A DNA stretch of 33,490 bases, taken from the IMG/VR virus record IMGVR_UViG_2667527975_000008, one strand, 5' to 3'. Below the pieces are notes generated by a model, which was not told where the DNA came from, searched no databases, and worked only from the letters and a program-made list of their open reading frames with translations. Positions 18,465 through 26,886 of this stretch are shown here, piece after piece. The stretch's first letter is position 1. Every line of letters starts with the position of its first letter. The DNA comes from a virus (Duplodnaviria; Heunggongvirae; Uroviricota; Caudoviricetes). The position numbers were made by a program, and so were the translations under genes.

Positions 18465-19202
18465 TTAACTGGCTTTCTTTTTCGGGCGTCCACGTTTTGC
18501 CGGTGTCACGCTCCGGGTCTTACGCGGGGCGCGGGTGGCCGCTTTTGGCTCCGGCTTCGGTTTCAGCTCCCGCTCCAGTCGTTCAATCTCTTTTTTGACG
18601 CCTGCCTGACAGTCGAGCTGTGTCGCACGTTGCAGGTGAGCCAGCGCACCGGCGGCATCACCAGCGTCACGCAGAAACAGACCGGTGATTTTGTGCAGCT
18701 TTGCGCGCACTTCATCAGGCATGTCAGCCGTGGCGGTCAGTTCAAGGGTGTCCGTCAGCAGGCGGGTATCCACAGACTCACCGGCAGCGTGGGCACGCAT
18801 GGCCGCGAGCGCCACCTCCTCGGTGAACATGTACGGCGGAGTGCGGCGGTGTTTCCCCGGCATGGTCAGACCATACTTCAGGGCATAACGGGCAATCTCC
18901 AGCGCACCGGCAATATCGCCGGTATCCAGACGCCACAGCATGACCGTCATCAGAATGTCATCCTGTGCACCTTTGCCCTGCTCCAGCACGCCGTTCACCC
19001 ACGGCAACCAGAACGGCAGCAACTCGCGCTTTTTCGCGGCCTTCAGCTCTTTTGAATAAATCGCTTTCAGTGTGCGCTGGTCTGCGGCCAGCTTGACCAG
19101 CATCTGCTCATAGACAGTTGCATGTCGCAGCGGGGCGGCTTCCCGCTGCGCGGTCATCGCTGCCGAGACCCGCATCATGTGGCGCTGTGCGGGACTCGTC
19201 AT
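18465..19202 (-). CDS. M: Terminase endonuclease (small) subunit M
   Basis: 245-aa ORF with a basic C-terminus, in the gpM position. Confidence 0.9.
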   Translation of the reverse strand: MTSPAQRHMMRVSAAMTAQREAAPLRHATVYEQMLVKLAADQRTLKAIYSKELKAAKKRELLPFWLPWVNGVLEQGKGAQDDILMTVMLWRLDTGDIAGALEIARYALKYGLTMPGKHRRTPPYMFTEEVALAAMRAHAAGESVDTRLLTDTLELTATADMPDEVRAKLHKITGLFLRDAGDAAGALAHLQRATQLDCQAGVKKEIERLERELKPKPEPKAATRAPRKTRSVTPAKRGRPKKKAS

Positions 19203-19205
19203 CGG

Positions 19206-20279
19206 TTACGCTCCCGGCTCTGCGGTCGCTTTAGCCAGCGTGGAGAAATCACCGACCTTAATTTTTTCCACCAGACAACCGGCGGCGTAGTCTTCCACCA
19301 CGTAATCAATGTTCATTGACTCGTAGTTCTCCACGCGGTCGAGTTTCGGGTTTTCCTCAATCACGCGGCGATGGCTGTCATCCATGTAGTAGATGGACAG
19401 GTTTTCCAGCTTTGTGATGAGCATCGCATCCGCCGGGAAGTACGGGACGCGTACCGCCGGCAGGTTACCGATGCGTTTCTGGCTGATGATGACGTCAGCG
19501 GCCAGCATTTCGCTGTTGTCCTGCTCCTTATTGACGATGGGGAAATACTTGTCCGCCAGTAGCTGACGCCCCACAATCACCACAAGGTCAGGGTCTTCCT
19601 GATACCAAGGTTCAATCAGGTTGTTGGTCGCATCCATCACCAGTGCGTCAAGGCTGGCATAATCACCGCCCTTACCCACGCGGATAACCTCAGAGGTGGT
19701 GTGCCCTTCCTCGTCAGTGACCTTGCTCATCACGCGCGCCGGTGCTTCATTGCGGTATTTCTGCAGCCAGCCGACCGCCACATCCTGTAGCATCGGATTA
19801 CTGCTGCGGTCAGAGGTTTCGGCACGCCTCACGCCGTTAAAACCGGCCATGATGAAATCAAGGGACTGGCGTTTGATAATGGCGTTACGGACACGGAGCT
19901 GGAAATCCTGATAACGCGCCCACAGGTCAAGCGTTTTGTAGCGGATATAAAAATCGAAGTTAATCTGGTCGCATTCGTACTTGTTTGACGCCAGCTTCGA
20001 GAAGTCCTTCGGCTGACGCTCGGTGCCACCGGCGGTGTCGCTGGTGCTGGCGATGGAGCCGGTGACACCAATACCAATTTTTTCCCCTTTCATTTCGCTG
20101 ACCGGCACAATGTTGATGCGGGTCAGAAAGTCAGAGGACTCCTGCATGGTGTTCATCAGGGTCTGGGTGACCGACGGTTCAACGGTGAATTTTTTCGACA
20201 CATCACCGGCGTCGATGCCGTTCAGTTCGGCAACACGGGACAGGTAGGCATTAAATTTAAAGCGGGTTTCCTGGCGCAT
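19206..20279 (-). CDS. N: Major capsid protein N
   Basis: 357-aa ORF in the gpN position. Confidence 0.9.
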   Translation of the reverse strand: MRQETRFKFNAYLSRVAELNGIDAGDVSKKFTVEPSVTQTLMNTMQESSDFLTRINIVPVSEMKGEKIGIGVTGSIASTSDTAGGTERQPKDFSKLASNKYECDQINFDFYIRYKTLDLWARYQDFQLRVRNAIIKRQSLDFIMAGFNGVRRAETSDRSSNPMLQDVAVGWLQKYRNEAPARVMSKVTDEEGHTTSEVIRVGKGGDYASLDALVMDATNNLIEPWYQEDPDLVVIVGRQLLADKYFPIVNKEQDNSEMLAADVIISQKRIGNLPAVRVPYFPADAMLITKLENLSIYYMDDSHRRVIEENPKLDRVENYESMNIDYVVEDYAAGCLVEKIKVGDFSTLAKATAEPGA

Positions 20280-20337
20280 AGTTTTTCCTGAAATTAAGGG
20301 TTAATCGTGAAGGTTTTCCCGGACTGACTGACGCCGG

Positions 20338-21192
20338 TTAGCAGTTCGTCATCAGGGCGTCACCGCCACCGCCGGTGGCTTTACTGCGGCGCTGCTGGGT
20401 CAGACTTTCGGTGTGGTCGAGACTGTTTTTCAGGCGGGTGAATGCCTGACTGGTTTCATCCGCCCTGTCAGTCACATCCTGCTTAAGTGCGGAAAAGGCG
20501 GTTTCCATCTCAGCAAGGCGCTGCTCAGTGGCGCTCAGTTTTTCCTGCACATGCTCAGCGACAGCGGTCACCGCTTCATGCACGTCATTCAGACGGGCGT
20601 CATCGCTGGCCTGTTTGCGGCCAAAAATGGATTTCACCTTTTCGGTCAGGGCGGTGAACACGGTTTCAGGCAGGTCTTCAAATTCCAGCTCAACAGGCGT
20701 TGCCACTGAAATCAGGTTTTCAGGGCTTAATTTGAAGCGGTTCAGAGGGTTGTGTTTTGCCGTGCGGCAGAATTCCAGGTATTCCGTGCCGAGGCTTGCC
20801 GGGTCATCGGTGACGGCCAGACCCACCAGATAACATTTGCCGGTATTGGCAAAGTTCGGCTGAATTTCCATTGAGGTATAGACCTTCTGCGCGGCCTTGT
20901 TCATCGCGATAAGGTCATCGGTCGGGGTGATTTTCGCAAACAGCGCCCATTTGCCTTTCAGCGCCGAATCATCGTCAATCTTTTCGGCCTTCAGTTCGGC
21001 CACATCGCCATAACGCTTAAAAATACCGTCAGGCAGGATGCCGCGCAGATGTTCCAGGTTAATGCGGCAACCATAGACTCGCGGGTCAAAGGTTTCGGCC
21101 ATTTCCTGAATATCCTGCGCACTGATGACACGCCCGTCACAGGTGTCACCCTCAACGCCGATACGAAAGAATTTTGAGACTTTTTTTGCCAT
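20338..21192 (-). CDS. O: Capsid scaffolding protein O
   Basis: Product starting MAKKVSKFFRIGVEG...; start at the internal Met, because the track ORF is extended. Confidence 0.85.
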   Translation of the reverse strand: MAKKVSKFFRIGVEGDTCDGRVISAQDIQEMAETFDPRVYGCRINLEHLRGILPDGIFKRYGDVAELKAEKIDDDSALKGKWALFAKITPTDDLIAMNKAAQKVYTSMEIQPNFANTGKCYLVGLAVTDDPASLGTEYLEFCRTAKHNPLNRFKLSPENLISVATPVELEFEDLPETVFTALTEKVKSIFGRKQASDDARLNDVHEAVTAVAEHVQEKLSATEQRLAEMETAFSALKQDVTDRADETSQAFTRLKNSLDHTESLTQQRRSKATGGGGDALMTNC

Positions 21193-21365
21193 TGTCAGGA
21201 GTCCTGAATAGTGATTAGAGGAGTCACATGTCGGCATCAGTTTCCCGACGATGCGCATCCTCCGCCATCAGTCCCGGATGGCTTATCACTGACACAACAG
21301 CACCTTAGCGAATCGCGGGGCGCGACTCAGTAGCCTTGCCGTGTATTCATCACGGCGAGGTATTC

Positions 21366-23138
21366 ATGACCATCACCACAGACACCACTCTTTTACACGA
21401 CCCGCGTCGTCAGGCGGCGCTGCTGTACTGGCAGGGATTTTCCGTGCCGCAGATTGCCGCCATGTTGCAGATGAAACGCCCGACGGTGCAGAGCTGGAAA
21501 CAGCGCGACGGCTGGGACAGCGTTGCCCCCATCAGCCGTGTCGAAATGAGTCTGGAAGCGCGACTGACCCAGCTCATCATCAAACCGCAGAAAACCGGCG
21601 GTGACTTCAAGGAAATTGACCTGCTCGGACGCCAGATTGAACGACTGGCACGGGTCAACCGTTACAGTCAGACCGGCAACGAGGCAGACCTTAATCCGAA
21701 CGTTGCTAACCGCAACAAAGGCGGGCGGCGCAAACCGAAAAAGAATTTTTTCAGTGACGAGGCCATCGAAAAGCTGGAGCAGATTTTCTTTGAGCAGTCT
21801 TTCGACTACCAGTTGCACTGGTATCGCGCCGGGCTTGAGCACCGCATCCGCGATATCCTGAAATCCCGCCAGATTGGCGCAACGTTTTATTTTTCCCGCG
21901 AGGCGCTGCTGCGCGCCCTGAAAACCGGTCATAACCAGATTTTTCTGTCAGCCAGTAAAACGCAGGCGTATGTGTTCCGCGAATACATCATCGCCTTTGC
22001 CCGTCTGGTTGACGTTGACCTGACCGGTGACCCGATTGTCCTGGGCAATAACGGCGCAAAACTGATTTTTCTCGGCACCAACTCCAACACCGCGCAGAGC
22101 CATAACGGCGACCTGTACGTCGACGAGATTTTCTGGATCCCGAATTTTCAGGTACTGCGTAAGGTGGCATCAGGTATGGCCTCACAGAGTCACCTGCGCT
22201 CGACCTATTTCTCCACCCCGTCCACGCTGGCGCACGACGCCTATCCGTTCTGGTCCGGTGAACTGTTCAACCGGGGACGCGCCAGCGCCGCTGAACGCGT
22301 GGAAATCGACGTCAGTCATAACGCACTTGCCGGTGGGCTTCTCTGTGCGGACGGCCAGTGGCGGCAGATTGTCACCATTGAGGACGCCCTGAAAGGTGGC
22401 TGCACGCTGTTCGACATTGAGCAGCTTAAACGCGAAAACAGCGCCGACGATTTTAAAAACCTGTTCATGTGTGAATTTGTTGACGACAAGGCGTCGGTAT
22501 TCCCGTTCGAGGAGCTGCAACGCTGCATGGTCGACACGCTGGAAGAATGGGAAGACTATGCGCCGTTTGCCGCCAATCCGTTCGGCTCCCGCCCGGTATG
22601 GATTGGTTACGACCCGTCACACCGTGGCGACAGTGCCGGATGCGTGGTGCTGGCACCGCCGGTGGTGGCCGGTGGCAAATTCAGAATACTTGAGCGTCAC
22701 CAGTGGAAAGGCATGGACTTTGCCACCCAGGCTGAATCCATCCGCAAACTCACCGAAAAATATAACGTTGAATACATCGGTATTGATGCCACCGGCCTCG
22801 GTGTCGGCGTGTTCCAGCTCGTGCGCTCGTTCTATCCCGCCGCGCGCGATATCCGCTACACGCCGGAAATGAAAACCGCAATGGTGCTCAAGGCAAAAGA
22901 CGTTATCCGCCGAGGCTGTCTGGAGTATGACGTCAGCGCCACCGACATCACCAGCTCGTTTATGGCTATCCGCAAGACCATGACCAGCAGCGGACGCAGC
23001 GCCACCTATGAGGCCAGCCGCAGCGAGGAAGCCAGCCACGCCGACCTCGCCTGGGCGACCATGCACGCCCTGTTAAATGAGCCACTCACCGCCGGTATCA
23101 GCACTCCGCTGACATCCACCATTCTGGAGTTTTACTGA
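21366..23138 (+). CDS. P: Terminase ATPase (large) subunit P
   Basis: 590-aa product from MTITTDTTLLHDPRRQAALLYWQG...; divergent from O as in P2. Confidence 0.9.
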   Translation: MTITTDTTLLHDPRRQAALLYWQGFSVPQIAAMLQMKRPTVQSWKQRDGWDSVAPISRVEMSLEARLTQLIIKPQKTGGDFKEIDLLGRQIERLARVNRYSQTGNEADLNPNVANRNKGGRRKPKKNFFSDEAIEKLEQIFFEQSFDYQLHWYRAGLEHRIRDILKSRQIGATFYFSREALLRALKTGHNQIFLSASKTQAYVFREYIIAFARLVDVDLTGDPIVLGNNGAKLIFLGTNSNTAQSHNGDLYVDEIFWIPNFQVLRKVASGMASQSHLRSTYFSTPSTLAHDAYPFWSGELFNRGRASAAERVEIDVSHNALAGGLLCADGQWRQIVTIEDALKGGCTLFDIEQLKRENSADDFKNLFMCEFVDDKASVFPFEELQRCMVDTLEEWEDYAPFAANPFGSRPVWIGYDPSHRGDSAGCVVLAPPVVAGGKFRILERHQWKGMDFATQAESIRKLTEKYNVEYIGIDATGLGVGVFQLVRSFYPAARDIRYTPEMKTAMVLKAKDVIRRGCLEYDVSATDITSSFMAIRKTMTSSGRSATYEASRSEEASHADLAWATMHALLNEPLTAGISTPLTSTILEFY

Positions 23139-24172
23139 TGAGCAAGAAAAAAGGGAAAACACCGCAACCTGCGGCAAAAACAATGACCGCCAGCGCCCCG
23201 AAAATGGAGGCATTCACCTTTGGTGAGCCGGTGCCGGTACTCGACCGCCGTGACATTCTGGATTACGTCGAGTGCATCAGTAACGGCAGATGGTATGAGC
23301 CGCCGGTCAGCTTTACCGGTCTGGCAAAAAGCCTGCGTGCTGCCGTGCATCACAGCTCGCCGATTTACGTTAAACGCAATATTCTGGCTTCAACGTTTAT
23401 TCCGCATCCGTGGCTTTCTCAGCAGGATTTCAGCCGCTTTGTGCTGGATTTTCTGGTGTTCGGTAATGCGTTTCTGGAAAAGCGTTACAGCACCACCGGT
23501 AAGGTCATCAGACTGGAAACCTCACCGGCAAAATATACCCGCCGTGGGGTGGAGGAGGATGTTTACTGGTGGGTGCCGTCCTTCAACGAGCCGACAGCCT
23601 TCACGCCCGGCTCCGTGTTTCACCTGCTGGAGCCGGATATCAATCAGGAGCTGTACGGCCTGCCGGAATATCTCAGCGCCCTTAATTCTGCCTGGCTGAA
23701 TGAATCAGCCACACTGTTCCGCCGCAAGTATTACGAAAACGGCGCTCATGCCGGATACATCATGTACGTCACTGATGCCGTGCAGGATCGCAACGATATC
23801 GAAATGCTCCGCGAAAACATGGTGAAGTCGAAAGGCCGCAACAACTTTAAAAATCTGTTTCTCTATGCCCCACAGGGGAAAGCCGACGGCATTAAAATTA
23901 TCCCCCTCAGTGAAGTGGCAACGAAAGACGATTTTTTTAATATCAAAAAAGCCAGCGCCGCTGACCTGCTGGACGCGCACCGCATTCCCTTTCAGTTGAT
24001 GGGCGGCAAGCCGGAGAACGTCGGGTCACTGGGTGATATTGAGAAAGTGGCAAAGGTCTTTGTCCGCAATGAGCTTATCCCGCTACAGGACAGGATCCGC
24101 GAGATAAACGGCTGGCTCGGTCAGGAGGTCATCCGATTTAAAAACTACTCACTGGACACTGACAACGACTGA
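23138..24172 (+). CDS. Q: Portal protein Q
   Basis: 344-aa ORF whose start overlaps the P stop. Confidence 0.9.
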   Translation: MSKKKGKTPQPAAKTMTASAPKMEAFTFGEPVPVLDRRDILDYVECISNGRWYEPPVSFTGLAKSLRAAVHHSSPIYVKRNILASTFIPHPWLSQQDFSRFVLDFLVFGNAFLEKRYSTTGKVIRLETSPAKYTRRGVEEDVYWWVPSFNEPTAFTPGSVFHLLEPDINQELYGLPEYLSALNSAWLNESATLFRRKYYENGAHAGYIMYVTDAVQDRNDIEMLRENMVKSKGRNNFKNLFLYAPQGKADGIKIIPLSEVATKDDFFNIKKASAADLLDAHRIPFQLMGGKPENVGSLGDIEKVAKVFVRNELIPLQDRIREINGWLGQEVIRFKNYSLDTDND

Positions 24173-24177
24173 ACATC

Positions 24178-24199
24178 GCCGCCTGCGGGCGGCTTTTTT
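24178..24199 (+). terminator. Rho-independent terminator after Q
   Basis: Stem gccgcc / ggcggc with a 4-nt loop followed by six T residues. Confidence 0.7.
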
Positions 24200-24341
24200 A
24201 CACCCAGTCATCACGCCCTCACACGCTCACCACCGCACAAAACAGCCCGCAGACACAGCAACGCCCCGGCGCAAAATCTAAACGCCGCCACGACGCGCTC
24301 AGACGCTGAAAAAATAAAATCAGCACCACCGCCAGCGCGCA

Positions 24342-24360
24342 GTGCTTTCCCCGCCTCGCC
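24342..24360. other. cos site (19-nt cohesive-end sequence)
   Basis: gtgctttccccgcctcgcc is the reverse complement of the P2 cohesive end GGCGAGGCGGGGAAAGCAC as I recall it. Confidence 0.8.
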
Positions 24361-24597
24361 CGCCCGCTTCATGGGGCGGTTTTAATGCAGTTGCATAGAT
24401 ACTATGGATGCGCACCAGCTCTGACCGCAAGCAACCGAAACTGGCATCCCCGACGCATGCAAAAACATTCACTTGTTGCATGCACGGCTTATTTAATGAC
24501 AAATCAACTTAAATTTACGAAGTCTACAGGCATGGATTCTTTGCTAACATGATAGGCTTACGAGAATTATCGAGCCTATTTTTCACCGGAGCAATGT

Positions 24598-25539
24598 ATG
24601 CAAGGTAAAGTTGACGAACCGCAACCAAATGAGATTATTTCGGAGTTTGGATACTATCCAGTAGAAGTTAACATTGAGACTGAACAATTTTCTTTGCGTA
24701 CTTTACCCAATCTCATTGAGAAAGTGGAACATGTTAACAATGATAAAAACGTTGTTAATGGTTGGATATACCCTGGAAATAAAAAGGTATATAATCTCAA
24801 TGGTGGTATATCCACAATGCCTTATAGTCACCGAGTATTCGGCATGCCCAAAACACACACACTAAAATTAAAAAATACATCCTCGTTAGAAACTCTCAAC
24901 TTTGTTGTGTGGTGTCTATCTTTTTTCAAGGGTATAAGATTGACAACCACTGACGCTGGTTTTCTTGATGCAACCACTATCAAGCCCACTAAGTTAACCG
25001 ACTTTATTCTCGTTGGATGCTCTGAAAAAGAAGTAATAGAGCTCGCACTTAACTATATAAAAGAAAAACAAAAAGATGAACGTTCCATTAAAAGAATAGC
25101 TGCGGTGATACATTCCCTATTCCTGTCACATAACCCACTATACCTTTCCTTTGAGAAATTCCAGTATCTTTATATGGCTCTTGATTGCTGTTTTGCTATA
25201 GCATGGGACGAAAGGGATAAAGTCATTAAAAAGAAAAAACCATCTCATCAAAATAGAGTATATTGGATGTGCGAAAATTACGGTATAAAAATCCCGTCAT
25301 GGGCAACAGATGAATGTAATGTTTCAGTTATACGCAATGATAATTTTCATGAAGCCATTTTTAATGGGCAACCGCTTGGTTTTTCTAGTATCAACGATTG
25401 TCAACATGGTAGCGATATATTGCTACAAATGCAGGCTCTGGTGTGTCGTTTACTAGCGGCAATACTCTCTGTAAATGATCGTAAATATATCGCATCTACA
25501 ATCAACTCGATAGAGTACCGTTCATTAAAATTAACTTAA
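24598..25539 (+). CDS. Hypothetical cargo protein in the tin/old-position hotspot; possible HEPN-like RNase motif
   Basis: 313-aa AT-rich ORF with an SD (ggag) upstream; no family recognised. Contains R-N-D-N-F-H (residues about 246-251; nt 25333..25350), which fits the R-[N]-x3-H pattern of HEPN domains. Confidence 0.5.
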   Translation: MQGKVDEPQPNEIISEFGYYPVEVNIETEQFSLRTLPNLIEKVEHVNNDKNVVNGWIYPGNKKVYNLNGGISTMPYSHRVFGMPKTHTLKLKNTSSLETLNFVVWCLSFFKGIRLTTTDAGFLDATTIKPTKLTDFILVGCSEKEVIELALNYIKEKQKDERSIKRIAAVIHSLFLSHNPLYLSFEKFQYLYMALDCCFAIAWDERDKVIKKKKPSHQNRVYWMCENYGIKIPSWATDECNVSVIRNDNFHEAIFNGQPLGFSSINDCQHGSDILLQMQALVCRLLAAILSVNDRKYIASTINSIEYRSLKLT

Positions 25540-25569
25540 TGCTAACGCCTCACTTCGTTCGTTGTTCAA

Positions 25570-25608
25570 CCCCGCCAGCACTGAAAACATGTTTCATTGC
25601 TGGCGGGG
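25570..25608. terminator. 39-bp imperfect palindrome; probable bidirectional terminator between convergent cargo transcription units
   Basis: ccccgccagca...tgctggcgggg arms (11 bp) around an internally palindromic loop (aacatgtt). Confidence 0.45.
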
Positions 25609-25612
25609 TTCT

Positions 25613-25765
25613 CTATCGTCTGCGTGGTGGCGGCGCAAGGCTGGACTGACCGATATAGTTAAGCTGTTCGTAATTATCCCTGACTATTTCGGCACACCCG
25701 ACTAGCTCATCGGGCGTCAGATTTTCGTTGACCATAATCTGCTGTAAACGGTGAACAATGGCCAT
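25613..25765 (-). CDS. Possible small ORF (50 aa) in a GC-normal stretch inside the hotspot
   Basis: ATG..TAG frame MAIVHRLQQIMVNENLTPDELVGCAEIVRDNYEQLNYIGQSSLAPPPRRR, below the 60-aa track cutoff; weak SD; its composition differs from the flanking AT-rich genes. Confidence 0.25.
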   Translation of the reverse strand: MAIVHRLQQIMVNENLTPDELVGCAEIVRDNYEQLNYIGQSSLAPPPRRR

Positions 25766-25859
25766 CAACCTGACACTTTTGGTGTTATATGTGGTATCTC
25801 ACATGAGATTACTGACCAAGGTGCATCTTGGTTGACTCATTTCATATCCATCCACACCA

Positions 25860-26540
25860 CTACATCTTTATTGCATATTTATTAAAAGACGCCCAGTTCA
25901 ACAAAAAAACATTATTCATATACCATTCAATATAATTTTTATTTTTAGATTGACTGTCAAGTAGCACACAAACATCAACCTGTTTATCAATCAATTTTGA
26001 AATATAAACCACAAACTCAACACTCGAATATCTCTTTGTGCCTAGCAAATATAATATTTCATCTGACAAATAATTAGACTCATGTGAAAAGACATTATCA
26101 TTTAACAAAATCAATCCGCCAATCGAGTCATTTAAATCCAAAACATCCTTTGTTGCATTTATTTGCTTATTAGCTTCCTTAACTACCTTTGTTTTAATAT
26201 TTTCATAAGCAAAGTTTATTATATCATTTCTAAATCGCTTTGAGTCTGGGTGTCTTTTTATCAACTCTTCTAAATGAATAGCACCATGCCAGTTTTTTGC
26301 AAGCCAACTATCTGTTTTAACCAACTCATTCAGTTTATCATTGACATTCTTGACCCTGTCAGAAAAAAGACTTTTCATCTCCAAAATTATCTTTTTATTA
26401 TCAATAAGATAATCTGCCATCTTGCGATTCTGACCATCCTTCATCCGGAACTTATGATGAATATCATCAATAGAAATCCCTTTTTCATGCTCAACAATGA
26501 ATCTCTTAATATTGTTTTCTAATTCGCTGTATTGTTTCAT
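25860..26540 (-). CDS. Hypothetical cargo protein (226 aa), downstream partner of the small DUF2158-like gene
   Basis: Very AT-rich ORF, Lys/Asn-rich; no motif recognised; lies 27 nt downstream of the preceding small ORF on the same strand. Confidence 0.5.
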   Translation of the reverse strand: MKQYSELENNIKRFIVEHEKGISIDDIHHKFRMKDGQNRKMADYLIDNKKIILEMKSLFSDRVKNVNDKLNELVKTDSWLAKNWHGAIHLEELIKRHPDSKRFRNDIINFAYENIKTKVVKEANKQINATKDVLDLNDSIGGLILLNDNVFSHESNYLSDEILYLLGTKRYSSVEFVVYISKLIDKQVDVCVLLDSQSKNKNYIEWYMNNVFLLNWASFNKYAIKM

Positions 26541-26567
26541 ACTTTCCCCCGTGAATTTTATTGTGAT

Positions 26568-26762
26568 TCACTTACGTGGACGACACAGCATACCACTTTT
26601 ACTCTCTGCTATTTCCAGTAAATCAATGGAGAATGACTCCTCGTGCAAAACTCCTTCTTTATCATGCCAAATACATTTAGCATGAGTCTCAGTAGAGTCA
26701 GATACAGTCATTTTAAATCCACCGCTTTTCAAACAAACAACATCTGCAGGCTTTAACATTTT
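26568..26762 (-). CDS. Small protein, DUF2158/YodC-like (about 64 aa)
   Basis: MLKPADVVCLKSGGFKMTVSD... resembles the N-terminal pattern of YodC-family small proteins; GGAG lies 6 nt upstream of this ATG. The track ORF (to 26843) is probably over-extended. Confidence 0.45.
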   Translation of the reverse strand, partial: KMLKPADVVCLKSGGFKMTVSDSTETHAKCIWHDKEGVLHEESFSIDLLEIAESKSGMLCRPRK

Positions 26763-26886
26763 TGTCTCCAACATTTTTAAGTAATGCATTATAACATAAT
26801 GATATTGACGTAGATTTAATGCATGCAACCATATAAAAAACAATCAATTACAGTCAAAACTGCTTAATACTGTATAGATGAGATCA

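Noticed and set aside
18462-19055. 197-aa plus-strand ORF opposite terminase gene M
   Set aside because: Shadow ORF with an Arg/Gly-rich translation typical of an antisense GC-rich frame.
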